A DNA stretch of 64,000 nucleotides from Eubacteriales bacterium (lineage in GTDB: Bacteria > Bacillota > Clostridia > Oscillospirales > CAG-382): positions 270 to 64,269 of the forward strand of contig JAZSLS010000016.1 in NCBI GenBank assembly GCA_045535465.1, given 5' to 3'. Shown here one piece after another: positions 1-8,393 of this stretch (positions are counted from its first letter, which is position 1; every line of letters starts with the position of its first letter). The notes beneath the pieces are model-generated. The model did no database searches and had not been told where the DNA came from. It worked only from the letters and a program-made list of their open reading frames with translations. Position numbers and translations under genes: made by a program.

Positions 1-636
1 ATGGTACACTTTAAAAACTACGTTGCAAGCTACCGTAAGACCTACAGCGGCTTTTTAGGGGATGCCGTTTTCGGTTGCTCCAGCGCATTTAGCTTTTATA
101 ACAACAAAAACCAAACTCCTGCAACGGCGGGGAACGTTCTGCCCAGATATCAGGGCGCAAGCTATAATATAGAAGACCTGGTTACCGCTGCCGGCTCCGG
201 CACCGTATATCTTGGCCTTATGGGGCTTAACGACCTTGGTATGTACGGCAATGCAAACACCTGCGCAACGCCTGCCGCTGATGAAGTTATTGCCTGCATT
301 GGCAGAATTAACGAAAAAAACCCTAACGTTACCGTTGTGGTGATTTCTTCCACATACCTTACTCATCATAACTCCTACGCAAAGCTTAACAACAAAAATA
401 TGAGCTTGCTTAACAACTACGTGCTTGAGTACTGCAACGCTAACGGCATTGACTTTATAGACGTTGCCACACCTTTGCTTGACGGCAACGGCGACCTTGC
501 CACCGTTTATTCCAGCGACAACTACTGTCACCTTAAAAACAATGCTTACCACGTTTGGATGAACGAGCTTCGCACTTACGCCGAGAAAAAGCAAAGCGGC
601 ACCTGGGTAAACCCCATTGTTCCCACTCTTGATTAG
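1..636 (+). CDS. SGNH/GDSL-like hydrolase family protein (true start may lie upstream of the window)
   Basis: ORF is open from the window edge. SGNH blocks by eye: block III GLND in YLGLMGLNDLG and block V DxxH in SSDNYCHL. Block I reads FLGDAVF (GDA rather than GDS). Confidence 0.55.
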   Translation: MVHFKNYVASYRKTYSGFLGDAVFGCSSAFSFYNNKNQTPATAGNVLPRYQGASYNIEDLVTAAGSGTVYLGLMGLNDLGMYGNANTCATPAADEVIACIGRINEKNPNVTVVVISSTYLTHHNSYAKLNNKNMSLLNNYVLEYCNANGIDFIDVATPLLDGNGDLATVYSSDNYCHLKNNAYHVWMNELRTYAEKKQSGTWVNPIVPTLD

Positions 637-682
637 TTTATAACAACCCTAAATATATTTATTTTTGAAAGGATTTTTAGTT

Positions 683-1231
683 ATGAAAAAATTTGCACTT
701 ATTATGTTAGTTGGCGCTCTTGCCCTTTCCGCCTTTGCGGCTTGCGACACCCCTGCGGATAACGAAAGCAAGGATGACAGCAGCAAAATCGAAAGCGTTG
801 ATAACAGTGGCTCCAAGGCTGATGAAGAAAGCAATGGCAGCGTAGCCGATGCCAAGGTTGACCTTACCGTTATTTGCAACACCGTTAAGGCACAGGTAGC
901 AGCTCAATCCGCTTTTGAGCTTGATGCAGACACCCTTTTTAACGACACAGGCATTAATCCCGAGTTTTATAACAATTACTTTTGGCTGATTGACACCTCC
1001 GAAGAATGTGTTGGCGTTTTTGAAGCTAAGGACGAAACCTCTCTTAACGAAATAAAGGGCCTTTTGGAGGGTTACCTTCAGAACAAAAAGACCACCTACG
1101 AAAGCTACGACGCTAAGGTGTTTGAAATGGCAAACAAGGCTGTTATAAAAACCGTTGGCAACTACGCATATATAGTAATGTCTCCCAACGTTACTCCCAT
1201 TACCCTCACCCTTGACGAAAAATTGGCGTAA
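683..1231 (+). CDS. secreted lipoprotein, DUF4358-like
   Basis: ATG at 683 is preceded by GAAAGGA. Signal peptide with lipobox (LSAFAAC). The C-terminal half (VGVFEAKDE...GNYAYIVMSPN) resembles DUF4358 lipoproteins. Confidence 0.5.
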   Translation: MKKFALIMLVGALALSAFAACDTPADNESKDDSSKIESVDNSGSKADEESNGSVADAKVDLTVICNTVKAQVAAQSAFELDADTLFNDTGINPEFYNNYFWLIDTSEECVGVFEAKDETSLNEIKGLLEGYLQNKKTTYESYDAKVFEMANKAVIKTVGNYAYIVMSPNVTPITLTLDEKLA

Positions 1232-1266
1232 AGGCTTACCATAAAAAATCTAGGACGGACAAATAA

Positions 1267-2883
1267 GTGAATAACAAAAACCAAAAGCATACGTGGCTGT
1301 GGATACTTTTGTGTCTACCCACGGTGTTTATAGTGTATTTTGCCGTTACCCTTTCGGGCGGGAGCATAGACCCCGCCAACGTCAGCGCCGTTAACGTGGT
1401 TACACCCGACGGCACTGCTATGGAATTTGACGGCGAGGACATTTCCTTTTACGTTAATATGTATCTGGAGGCTGACCCCCTTAGCTCCCCTATAAGGGAC
1501 GTTAATGCGGAGCTTCCTATGAACGTTACCCTTAAACAAAAAACAGGCGACCTTACCTTTGCCGTTTATGCGGAAAGCAACACCAACGGTTGCTTTTTCC
1601 GAAAAACAGACGGTAAGTATTTTTCCGTACCCGCAAGCTTTGCAAAAACCCTTTTGCAAAGAAAAGAATGCGCCTTTGTTTACGAAAGAGCAGGCTACAC
1701 CCTGCCGGGTCTTAGCTTTGTAACAGGCGACAGCAGCACCTCGGTGCTTCCTCAAAGCTTTAAGTGGCAGTACAAGGATATTGCAGGCGCTGCAACGGAA
1801 GACACTTTTAGCAAGAAGGCCACCGAAGCCCAGCACTTTAGCTTTTACTCAGACAAGGGCTTTACGCTTCGTTTCGCTAAAGAGCCTTCCCAGCACACCG
1901 TTACCTTTTACAGGGAGGACGGCACTGTTATTGATGCAGTTGACCCTTCCGCACTCATCTTCCCCACCGATACAAACCTTAAGGTGGTTGTGGATGCAAA
2001 GTGGCAGCAGGACGCTGACAGTATGGGCGGCGAAGCCAAGTACAGCTTCACCCTGCTTTATGACGTGCTCCCCGAAATAATACGCTCTACGGAAACAGTT
2101 AAGCCCGGTGACGTTCTTTGCATAGGCTTCCGTCACCTTAGCCAAAACGAAAAAATACGTCTTGAGTCACAGCTTAAAACTGCGCCTCTGCGTGTTACCT
2201 ACACCGATGACGGCGCCTACGCCCTGCTTCCTATCAGCGGCAACAACTCCGCAGGTCAGTACAGCCTTAAGTTCACCGTAGGCACTGTGGAAAAGCTTAT
2301 CGACGTTAACGTTATAGACAGCACTCCCAACATCGTTCTTGACACTATGGATACCGAAAAGTTTTACCTCTTCCAAACCCCTGACTTTATTCAAAGGCAC
2401 GACTCTCTTATGGAAGGTTGGGCAAGCACCACGGGCGAGGCAGCTTTTCTTGCAGGGGATAGCTTTGTTTCTCCCATAAGCGGAGACGCTGCTCACAGCT
2501 ACGGAGACGAGCTTCTTATAAACGGTCAGCCCGATAAATATTTTCTTGAGGGCAACGACTACAAGGCAGAGGATGGCGCTCTTATCAAGGCCACCCAGCG
2601 TGGCACGGTAGCTTTTGTGGGCGAGGACGACGTGCTTGGCAATATGGTGATTATTGACCACGGCTATGGCATAAAGTCTCATTACTACGGCGTTGCAACC
2701 GTTTCTAAGGCTGTCGGCGACACGGTACAGAAGGGCGAAACCATAGGCAGTGCGGGCGTTAACGGTATGGTTTACACCTCCGGCAACGACAAGCTTCCTA
2801 CCCTTCACTTTTACGTAAGCCTTGACGGCGTATACGTTAACCCAAACGAGCTTATCAAAAACGGACTTTATATTTTGGATTAG
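1267..2883 (+). CDS. membrane-anchored M23/LytM-domain protein (possibly catalytically degenerate)
   Basis: GTG start and an N-terminal TM helix (WLWILLCLPTVFIVYFAV). C-terminal LytM fold motifs: GNMVIIDHGYGIKSHY, GETIGSAG, LHFYVSLDGVYVNP. Confidence 0.8.
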   Translation: MNNKNQKHTWLWILLCLPTVFIVYFAVTLSGGSIDPANVSAVNVVTPDGTAMEFDGEDISFYVNMYLEADPLSSPIRDVNAELPMNVTLKQKTGDLTFAVYAESNTNGCFFRKTDGKYFSVPASFAKTLLQRKECAFVYERAGYTLPGLSFVTGDSSTSVLPQSFKWQYKDIAGAATEDTFSKKATEAQHFSFYSDKGFTLRFAKEPSQHTVTFYREDGTVIDAVDPSALIFPTDTNLKVVVDAKWQQDADSMGGEAKYSFTLLYDVLPEIIRSTETVKPGDVLCIGFRHLSQNEKIRLESQLKTAPLRVTYTDDGAYALLPISGNNSAGQYSLKFTVGTVEKLIDVNVIDSTPNIVLDTMDTEKFYLFQTPDFIQRHDSLMEGWASTTGEAAFLAGDSFVSPISGDAAHSYGDELLINGQPDKYFLEGNDYKAEDGALIKATQRGTVAFVGEDDVLGNMVIIDHGYGIKSHYYGVATVSKAVGDTVQKGETIGSAGVNGMVYTSGNDKLPTLHFYVSLDGVYVNPNELIKNGLYILD

Positions 2884-2923
2884 TTTAATCACAAAAATTT
2901 TTCTTTAACATTTTAGTTTTTAT

Positions 2924-3120
2924 CGGGAGTTTTAGATAAAGGAAACGCACCTAAACACACGAACTAAAGCTACGTTATTAACGGGAGTTTTAGATAAGCC
3001 TTAGGTAAAGAGAACGTACCTAAACTCCCGAACTAAAGCTATGTTATTAACGGGAGTTTTAGATAAGCCTTAGGTAAGGAGAACGTACCTAAACTCCCGA
3101 ATTAAAGCTCCCGAATTAAA
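2924..3120 (+). repeat. three tandem copies of a hairpin-forming 58-70 nt unit
   Basis: Units at 2924-2981, 2982-3050 and 3051-3120 each start CGGGAGTTTTAGATAA. Copies 2 and 3 are near-identical; copy 1 is decayed. Predicted fold is an outer stem CGGGAGT/ACTCCCG and an inner stem TTAGGTA/TACCTAA. Confidence 0.9.
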
Positions 3121-3122
3121 AT

Positions 3123-3176
3123 AAAAAAACAACACGGAACTGTCTTAATTAAAGAAAGTTCCGTGTTTTGTTTTTG
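3123..3176. terminator. bidirectional intrinsic terminator between the M23 gene and nrdR
   Basis: 10-bp stem AACACGGAAC (3131-3140) / GTTCCGTGTT (3158-3167), with an A-run upstream and a T-run downstream. It lies between convergent genes. Confidence 0.85.
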
Positions 3177-3188
3177 TTAATATTTGGT

Positions 3189-3647
3189 TTATTTCTTTTC
3201 CGCCATTATCTTCTGAAGCTCATCAACAAAGGCGCTGATATCCTTAAACTGACGGTAAACGGAGGCAAAGCGAACGTAGGCAACCTCGTCCAGCTCCTTA
3301 AGCTTACGCATAACCAGCTCACCTATATAGGAGGTAGGAATTTCATTTTGCAAAGAGTTTTGGAGCGTACGCTCGATATCGGTAACAATAGCCTCCATCT
3401 CACTTTTGGACACCTTACGCTTGTCACAGGCGTGAATGATGCTGGAAAGCAGCTTGTTTCTGTCATAAGCCTCTCTGGAGTTATCCTTTTTAACCACCAG
3501 CATAGGAACGTCCTCAATTATCTCGTAGGTGGTGAATCGGCGCTGACAATGCAAACACTCTCTGCGGCGGCGGATAGACGCACCCTCTGCCGTAGGACGA
3601 GAGTCGATAACCTTACTTTCGGGATGAAAACATACGGGACACTTCAT
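3189..3647 (-). CDS. nrdR: transcriptional repressor NrdR
   Basis: MKCPVC...CLHC zinc ribbon followed by an ATP-cone. Full-length resemblance to NrdR at 152 aa. Confidence 0.95.
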   Translation of the reverse strand: MKCPVCFHPESKVIDSRPTAEGASIRRRRECLHCQRRFTTYEIIEDVPMLVVKKDNSREAYDRNKLLSSIIHACDKRKVSKSEMEAIVTDIERTLQNSLQNEIPTSYIGELVMRKLKELDEVAYVRFASVYRQFKDISAFVDELQKIMAEKK

Positions 3648-3910
3648 ACAAAAAATACCTCATTTCCTAAACCTTAGGTATAATATACCACATTATTTAA
3701 ACTTTGTAAAGGAATAATTAAAAATGAAACGAAATTTTAAGCTTTGCACTATGGCACGCCATATTCTGACCTTTGGTCTTCTGTTCCCCGCCACACTTTG
3801 TATTTGCTACATAGCAGGGCTGTTTGCAAAATGCGAGTTGTATTTCTTCTACGACGTAAAACGGCTGTGCATTATGACAGCGGAAACCTTTGCCGCTTGC
3901 GCCGTTGTAG

Positions 3911-5740
3911 CTATCGCCTGCGCTTTTTTTGCGGAGTGGCTTTACCGCCGCCGTTCTTAGGTCTGCCGTGAGGTAAAAGCACGGGTATAAGGTCGGTGCG
4001 ATGCGCCGCCTCAAGGGCTTTACGAACAAGAGGTGCGTTTTCGGGCCTGTGGGATTGTAGAAGCGCACGCTGCAGCTTTTTTTCCTCGTAGCTTCTTGGT
4101 ACGTAAACGCTTTTCATATCAAAGGGGTCTATCCCTGTGTAGAACATACAGGTAGAAGCTGTACCGGGTGTGGGATAAAAATCCTGCACCTGCTCTGGGT
4201 TAAGCTTATTCTCACGCAGGTAAAGGGCAAGGGAAATAGCGTCGTCTATTGTACTGCCCGGATGGGAGGACATAAGGTAGGGTACAAGGTACTGCTCCTT
4301 CCCCATAGACTTGGTAAGCTCGTAAAACCGCTTCTGGAATCGCTTATAAACCTCAAACTTGGGCTTGCCCATATATTTAAGCACGTTGTCGCTGCAATGC
4401 TCAGGCGCAACCTTAAGCTGACCGCTTACGTGGTTAGCCACAAGACGCTTAAAAAACCTTTCGTTGCTGTCTGCCATTAGATAATCAAAGCGGATACCGC
4501 TGCGAATAAATACCTTTTTAACACGGGGCAGTTTTTCTATTTTTTCAAGCAGTGCTACGTACTCGCTATGGTCGGCGTTAAGGTTTTTGCAGGGGGTAGG
4601 AAACAGGCATTTACGGGCAGTGCAAACACCGTCGGTCTTCTGCTTGGCACAGGCGGCGTGGCGGAAGTTGGCAGTAGGCCCGCCCACGTCGTGGATGTAG
4701 CCCTTAAAGTCGGGCATAGCCGTGATGATTTCCGCCTCCTCAAGCACGCTTTTTTCGGAGCGAGAGCATACGGAACGCCCCTGCACGTAGGTAAGAGCGC
4801 AAAAGTTACAGCTGCCAAAACAGCCTCGGCTGTGTGTTATGGAAAACTTAACCTCCGATATAGCGGGTATGCCTCCGTCCTTCTCGTAGGAGGGATGGTA
4901 GGTGCGCATATACGGCAAGGAGTAAACCTTGTCCATTTCCGCCCTGGTAAGAGGCGGCATAGGCGGATTTTGCACTATAACGCAGTCATCGTATTCCTCG
5001 ATAACAGCCTTGCCCGTAACGGCATCCATATTGTCGTACTGTATTTTAAACGCCTTAGCGTAAACAGTTTTGTCCTTTTTAAGCAGGTCATAATGATAGG
5101 TTTCCACCGCAGGATAATGAACAGGCGCACCTTTTTTTGCACGGTAGACGGTGCCCCTTACGTCGCAAAGCTTGGAAACAGGCACGCCCTTATCAAGCAA
5201 AAACGCTATGCGGCGCAAGATGTTTTCGCCCATACCGTAGGCAAGCAGGTCTGCCGTACTGTCTATAAGAAGGCTGCGGCGCACCTTGTCCGTCCAATAA
5301 TCGTAGTGTGCAAAACGACGGGTGGAGGCTTCAATACCACCGATAACGATGGGCACGTCACCATAAGCCTCTCTTATACGATTACAGTAAACGATAATAG
5401 CCCTGTCGGGACGATAGCCCGTTTTTCCGCCCGGAGAATATGCGTCCTCACTGCGGCGTTTTTTAGCGGCGGTGTAGTGGGCAACCATACTGTCGATGTT
5501 GCCGCTGTTAACAAGAAACCCTAACCTTGGTCTGCCAAAACGCTTAAAGTCGGCAGTGCTTTTCCAGTCAGGCTGCGGAAGAATGGCAACAGTGTAGCCC
5601 TCGGCTTCCAGCACCCTAGAGATTATGGCTGTACCAAAAGACGGATGGTCCACGTATGCGTCACCCGTTACAAGCACAAAGTCGGGTACGCCCCAACCAA
5701 GCTCCTTTACCTCCTCGGCGGTTATAGGCAAAAACGCCAT
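3911..5740 (-). CDS. ygiQ: YgiQ family radical SAM protein (UPF0313)
   Basis: N-terminus MAFLPITAEEVKELGWGVPDFVLVTGDAYVDHPSFG is typical of YgiQ. CxxxCxxC cluster as CFGSCNFC. Basic C-terminal tail. Confidence 0.9.
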   Translation of the reverse strand: MAFLPITAEEVKELGWGVPDFVLVTGDAYVDHPSFGTAIISRVLEAEGYTVAILPQPDWKSTADFKRFGRPRLGFLVNSGNIDSMVAHYTAAKKRRSEDAYSPGGKTGYRPDRAIIVYCNRIREAYGDVPIVIGGIEASTRRFAHYDYWTDKVRRSLLIDSTADLLAYGMGENILRRIAFLLDKGVPVSKLCDVRGTVYRAKKGAPVHYPAVETYHYDLLKKDKTVYAKAFKIQYDNMDAVTGKAVIEEYDDCVIVQNPPMPPLTRAEMDKVYSLPYMRTYHPSYEKDGGIPAISEVKFSITHSRGCFGSCNFCALTYVQGRSVCSRSEKSVLEEAEIITAMPDFKGYIHDVGGPTANFRHAACAKQKTDGVCTARKCLFPTPCKNLNADHSEYVALLEKIEKLPRVKKVFIRSGIRFDYLMADSNERFFKRLVANHVSGQLKVAPEHCSDNVLKYMGKPKFEVYKRFQKRFYELTKSMGKEQYLVPYLMSSHPGSTIDDAISLALYLRENKLNPEQVQDFYPTPGTASTCMFYTGIDPFDMKSVYVPRSYEEKKLQRALLQSHRPENAPLVRKALEAAHRTDLIPVLLPHGRPKNGGGKATPQKKRRR

Positions 5741-5779
5741 AGCTCTGCCTCCTTGTCAAAATAAATCTACAATATATTC

Positions 5780-5808
5780 ATTATATCAAATTTTGCCCCA
5801 AAATGCAA
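5780..5808 (-). promoter_or_regulatory. sigma-A-type promoter of ygiQ
   Basis: On the minus strand: TTGCAT (5808-5803), 17-nt spacer, TGaTATAAT (-10 at 5785-5780). The -10 ends 40 nt upstream of the ygiQ ATG. It overlaps an 11-bp inverted repeat (5790-5800 / 5823-5833). Confidence 0.6.
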
Positions 5809-6076
5809 TACAAAGTTGCGTGTGGGGCAAAATGGGGTAAAAAACCATTTTCAAAGCGGAGTTTTTAATTTTTTGCCTAAAAGCTTGGGCAAAGTGTAGC
5901 AAAAGGGTAAGCAAGTGGAAGAGCCGTGTTTTCCGTCAGCTCGGCACCCACCGTCACGCAGCGGGCGATTCGAGAATCGCCCCTACGGCATAACCGTTCA
6001 CACGTATTCGCTGCCAACTTTTATTATTTCGAATAGCACCTACGCTAACCCTCGGTGCGAAAAAAAGAGTGCAGAT

Positions 6077-6131
6077 TTGTTAATTGTGACCTGAAGCTGT
6101 ACCTTGTACTGCGAATGGTCACAATTAACAA
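6077..6131. repeat. 15-bp perfect inverted repeat with a 25-nt loop
   Basis: TTGTTAATTGTGACC (6077-6091) / GGTCACAATTAACAA (6117-6131). Confidence 0.9.
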
Positions 6132-6157
6132 AAACGGAAAAATAAAAATACAAAAAA

Positions 6158-6182
6158 AGAAAAGCGGCAACACCGCTTTTCT
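6158..6182. repeat. 25-nt direct repeat, copy 1 (contains an 8-bp hairpin)
   Basis: AGAAAAGCGGCAACACCGCTTTTCT is identical to 6422-6446. Hairpin AAAAGCGG/CCGCTTTT. Confidence 0.9.
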
Positions 6183-6211
6183 CAGTCTGTAGACAAAGTC
6201 TACAGACTGAG
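6181..6211. repeat. 14-bp perfect palindrome with a 3-nt loop
   Basis: CTCAGTCTGTAGAC AAA GTCTACAGACTGAG. Confidence 0.9.
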
Positions 6212-6215
6212 GCAG

Positions 6216-6365
6216 AGTGAGAGAAACGAAGCTATTTTTCACGAAAAACGAGTGTCGGCGTAGTGACCTACGACAGCGAAGTTTTTCGTGAAAGTGCCCT
6301 GAATATAACAAAATATAACCATTTATAACAAAAATGCCTCCCGTTACATTACGAGAGGCCTTTTT
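6216..6365 (+). repeat. dispersed repeat family 2, long copy (includes a terminator-like hairpin)
   Basis: Matches the reverse complement of 34127-34228: AGTGAGAGAAACGAAGCT..GTGAAAGTGCCCTGAATATAACAAAATA..AAAATGCCTCCCGT..ACGAGAGGC. This copy carries an extra 49-nt segment that forms a 12-bp stem (6238-6249 / 6281-6292). Confidence 0.85.
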
Positions 6366-6421
6366 GTCTTTTTGGTTCTTTTTTCTCAGGGCACGTAAAG
6401 AGCAAGTTTGTCTTCGCTCTG

Positions 6422-6446
6422 AGAAAAGCGGCAACACCGCTTTTCT
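6422..6446 (-). terminator. 25-nt direct repeat copy 2; probable terminator of the PLP-enzyme operon
   Basis: Hairpin AAAAGCGG/CCGCTTTT lies about 60 nt downstream of the stop at 6504 on the minus strand. It is identical to 6158-6182. Confidence 0.55.
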
Positions 6447-6503
6447 TCATATTGAAATATTTAAAATTCTTTTTCCGTGGTCTGTGCCTGTTTTTCGCAC
6501 CGA

Positions 6504-7667
6504 TTAAGAGAGCATTTTTCCTAGGTCGGCTATAATATCTTCCGCATCCTCAATACCTACGGAGAGGCGAATAAGTCTGTCGGTGATGCCTATGCGGTTA
6601 CGCACGTCGGCAGGTATAGAAGCGTGAGTCTGAGTTTGGGGATAGGTGATAAGAGTAGCGGTGCCGCCAAGGCTTTCCGCAAACATAATCATATCGCCGC
6701 CGCAAAGCACCTGCTCCACCTTAGATGCATCCTTAATAGAAAAGCTTATCATACCGCCAAAGCCCGTGGTCTGGCGCATAGTAACGTCAAAGGAGGGATG
6801 CTCCTTGTCGCCAACAAAGTAAACCTTTTCAACAGCAGGGTGACCCTTAAGGAACTCTGCAACCTTGATGGCGTTTTCCTCGTGCCTCTTCATACGAAGC
6901 GCAAGAGTCTTTATGCCGCGAAGCACAAGCCAGCTATCAAAGGGCGCAAGGCCGCTGCCCTCGGTACGAAGGATAAGCCCCATACGCTTTTCAAGCTCCT
7001 CGTTGTTTACCACAACAAAGCCCGCAGTGGTATCGTGATGACCCGCAAGGAACTTTGTGCCGCTGTGGATAACCACGTCAGCGCCAAGCTCGATAGGCTT
7101 TTGGAAATAAGGGGTAAGGAAGGTGTTATCAACAACCAAAAGCGCACCGCAGTTTTTTGAAATCTCGGCAATAGCGGCAATATCCGCCACCTTCATCATA
7201 GGGTTGGTAGGGCTTTCAAGATATATCATCTTAGTGGTGGACTTAACTGCCGCCTTAACGGCCTCGGTGTCGCCTACGTCAACCGCAGTAAACTCCACGC
7301 CAAAGTGCTTCCAAAGCTCCTCTATCTGACGGTAGGAGCCGCCGTAGATATCATCGGAAACGACAACGTGCTCACCGGACTTAAGCAGAGAGAAGGTTGC
7401 GGTAACAGCCGCAAGACCGCTGGCAAAGGCAAAGCCTGCAGTACCGCCCTCAAGAAGAGCTATGGTGTTTTCCAGCTCAAATCTGGTAGGGTTATCGCAA
7501 CGGCTGTAGCTAAACTTTATATTAGAGTTAAGGCCGGGGTTTTTGTAAGTAGAGGTTTGATATATGGGATAGCTGATAGCGCCCGTAAGGGGGTCACAGC
7601 CCTCGTAGCCGTGTACCACTACGCTGTCTACCTTGCGTGTAAACTGCTTGTTGTTCTTATCTATCAT
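6504..7667 (-). CDS. Cys/Met-metabolism PLP enzyme (cystathionine beta-lyase / gamma-synthase family)
   Basis: 387 aa. The PLP-lysine context SGTKFLAGHHD and overall pattern fit the trans-sulfuration family. The exact reaction cannot be assigned. Confidence 0.85.
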   Translation of the reverse strand: MIDKNNKQFTRKVDSVVVHGYEGCDPLTGAISYPIYQTSTYKNPGLNSNIKFSYSRCDNPTRFELENTIALLEGGTAGFAFASGLAAVTATFSLLKSGEHVVVSDDIYGGSYRQIEELWKHFGVEFTAVDVGDTEAVKAAVKSTTKMIYLESPTNPMMKVADIAAIAEISKNCGALLVVDNTFLTPYFQKPIELGADVVIHSGTKFLAGHHDTTAGFVVVNNEELEKRMGLILRTEGSGLAPFDSWLVLRGIKTLALRMKRHEENAIKVAEFLKGHPAVEKVYFVGDKEHPSFDVTMRQTTGFGGMISFSIKDASKVEQVLCGGDMIMFAESLGGTATLITYPQTQTHASIPADVRNRIGITDRLIRLSVGIEDAEDIIADLGKMLS

Positions 7668-7691
7668 AAAAAGGTCTCCTTACCTAAAAAA

Positions 7692-8390
7692 TCAATCTAT
7701 TAGCAAAGGGCGAAAGCCCAGCTCATCGGCGGAGATAAGCATAAGATCGCAAACGCCGTAGCTTTTTTCCAAAAGGTTGCGTGGAGCGCCGTGGAGATGA
7801 CCGTAATAGCAACGCTTTACGGCAAACTCCTTAATAACCTCTGCCACAGGGGCGCATTTTACACCTCTAAAGCAGGGCGGGTAATGAAGGAAAACAATTA
7901 TCTCGTCCCCTTCCTCTGCCATTTTTACGCCTTCCTCAAGAGAACGGCGCAGCCTGCCTGCTTCACGCAGGGCAATTTTCTCGTCATCGGGGCCGTAAAC
8001 GCTGTCCGGAAACCATCCTCGGCTGCCGCATATAACCTTGTTTTCCACCTTGTAGGCGTTGTTAAACAAAAAGCTTATGCTGGTAGCGCCTATGCTGTCC
8101 CTAAATGCGTTTAGCTTGGTAAGGGTTCCCCACCAATAATCGTGGTTGCCCTTGCCTATTATCTTCTTGCCCGGTAGACTATGGATAAAAAGCAGGTCCT
8201 TTTCGGTATTGTCAAAGCGCATACCCCAGGAGATATCACCGGGGATAACCACGGTATCCTCCTCGGTAACGGTTTCACGCCACTCCTTTTCCAGCCTTTC
8301 CTTATGGTTAGACCAAGCGGCGCCGAAAACGTCCATAGGTTTATCGGTGCTTTCGGAAAGATGCAGGTCTGCTATAACGTACAAAGCCAT
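7692..8390 (-). CDS. metallophosphoesterase family protein
   Basis: Calcineurin-like motifs: IADLHL (DxH), PGDISWG (GD), GNHDYWW (GNHD), GHLH. Confidence 0.85.
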   Translation of the reverse strand: MALYVIADLHLSESTDKPMDVFGAAWSNHKERLEKEWRETVTEEDTVVIPGDISWGMRFDNTEKDLLFIHSLPGKKIIGKGNHDYWWGTLTKLNAFRDSIGATSISFLFNNAYKVENKVICGSRGWFPDSVYGPDDEKIALREAGRLRRSLEEGVKMAEEGDEIIVFLHYPPCFRGVKCAPVAEVIKEFAVKRCYYGHLHGAPRNLLEKSYGVCDLMLISADELGFRPLLID

Positions 8391-8393
8391 AGA

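Noticed and set aside
2924-3120. Possible CRISPR array: units begin with GTTTTAGA-like sequence and the period is 58-70 nt.
   Set aside because: Copies 2 and 3 are near-identical over the whole unit, so there are no unique spacers. There are only three units and no cas genes in the window. I treat it as a tandem structured repeat.
3718-4068. ORFs of 116 aa (minus) and 75 aa (plus, 3744-3971) overlapping the ygiQ 3' end.
   Set aside because: They have no RBS and overlap the conserved basic tail of YgiQ. Their composition is not protein-like. Only the two-TM 78-aa ORF (3724-3960) is kept, as a low-confidence candidate.
6045-6437. A 130-aa minus-strand ORF in the ygiQ/metC-like intergenic region.
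   Set aside because: It reads straight through palindromes, a duplicated terminator hairpin and a dispersed repeat. It has no RBS and no protein-like composition.
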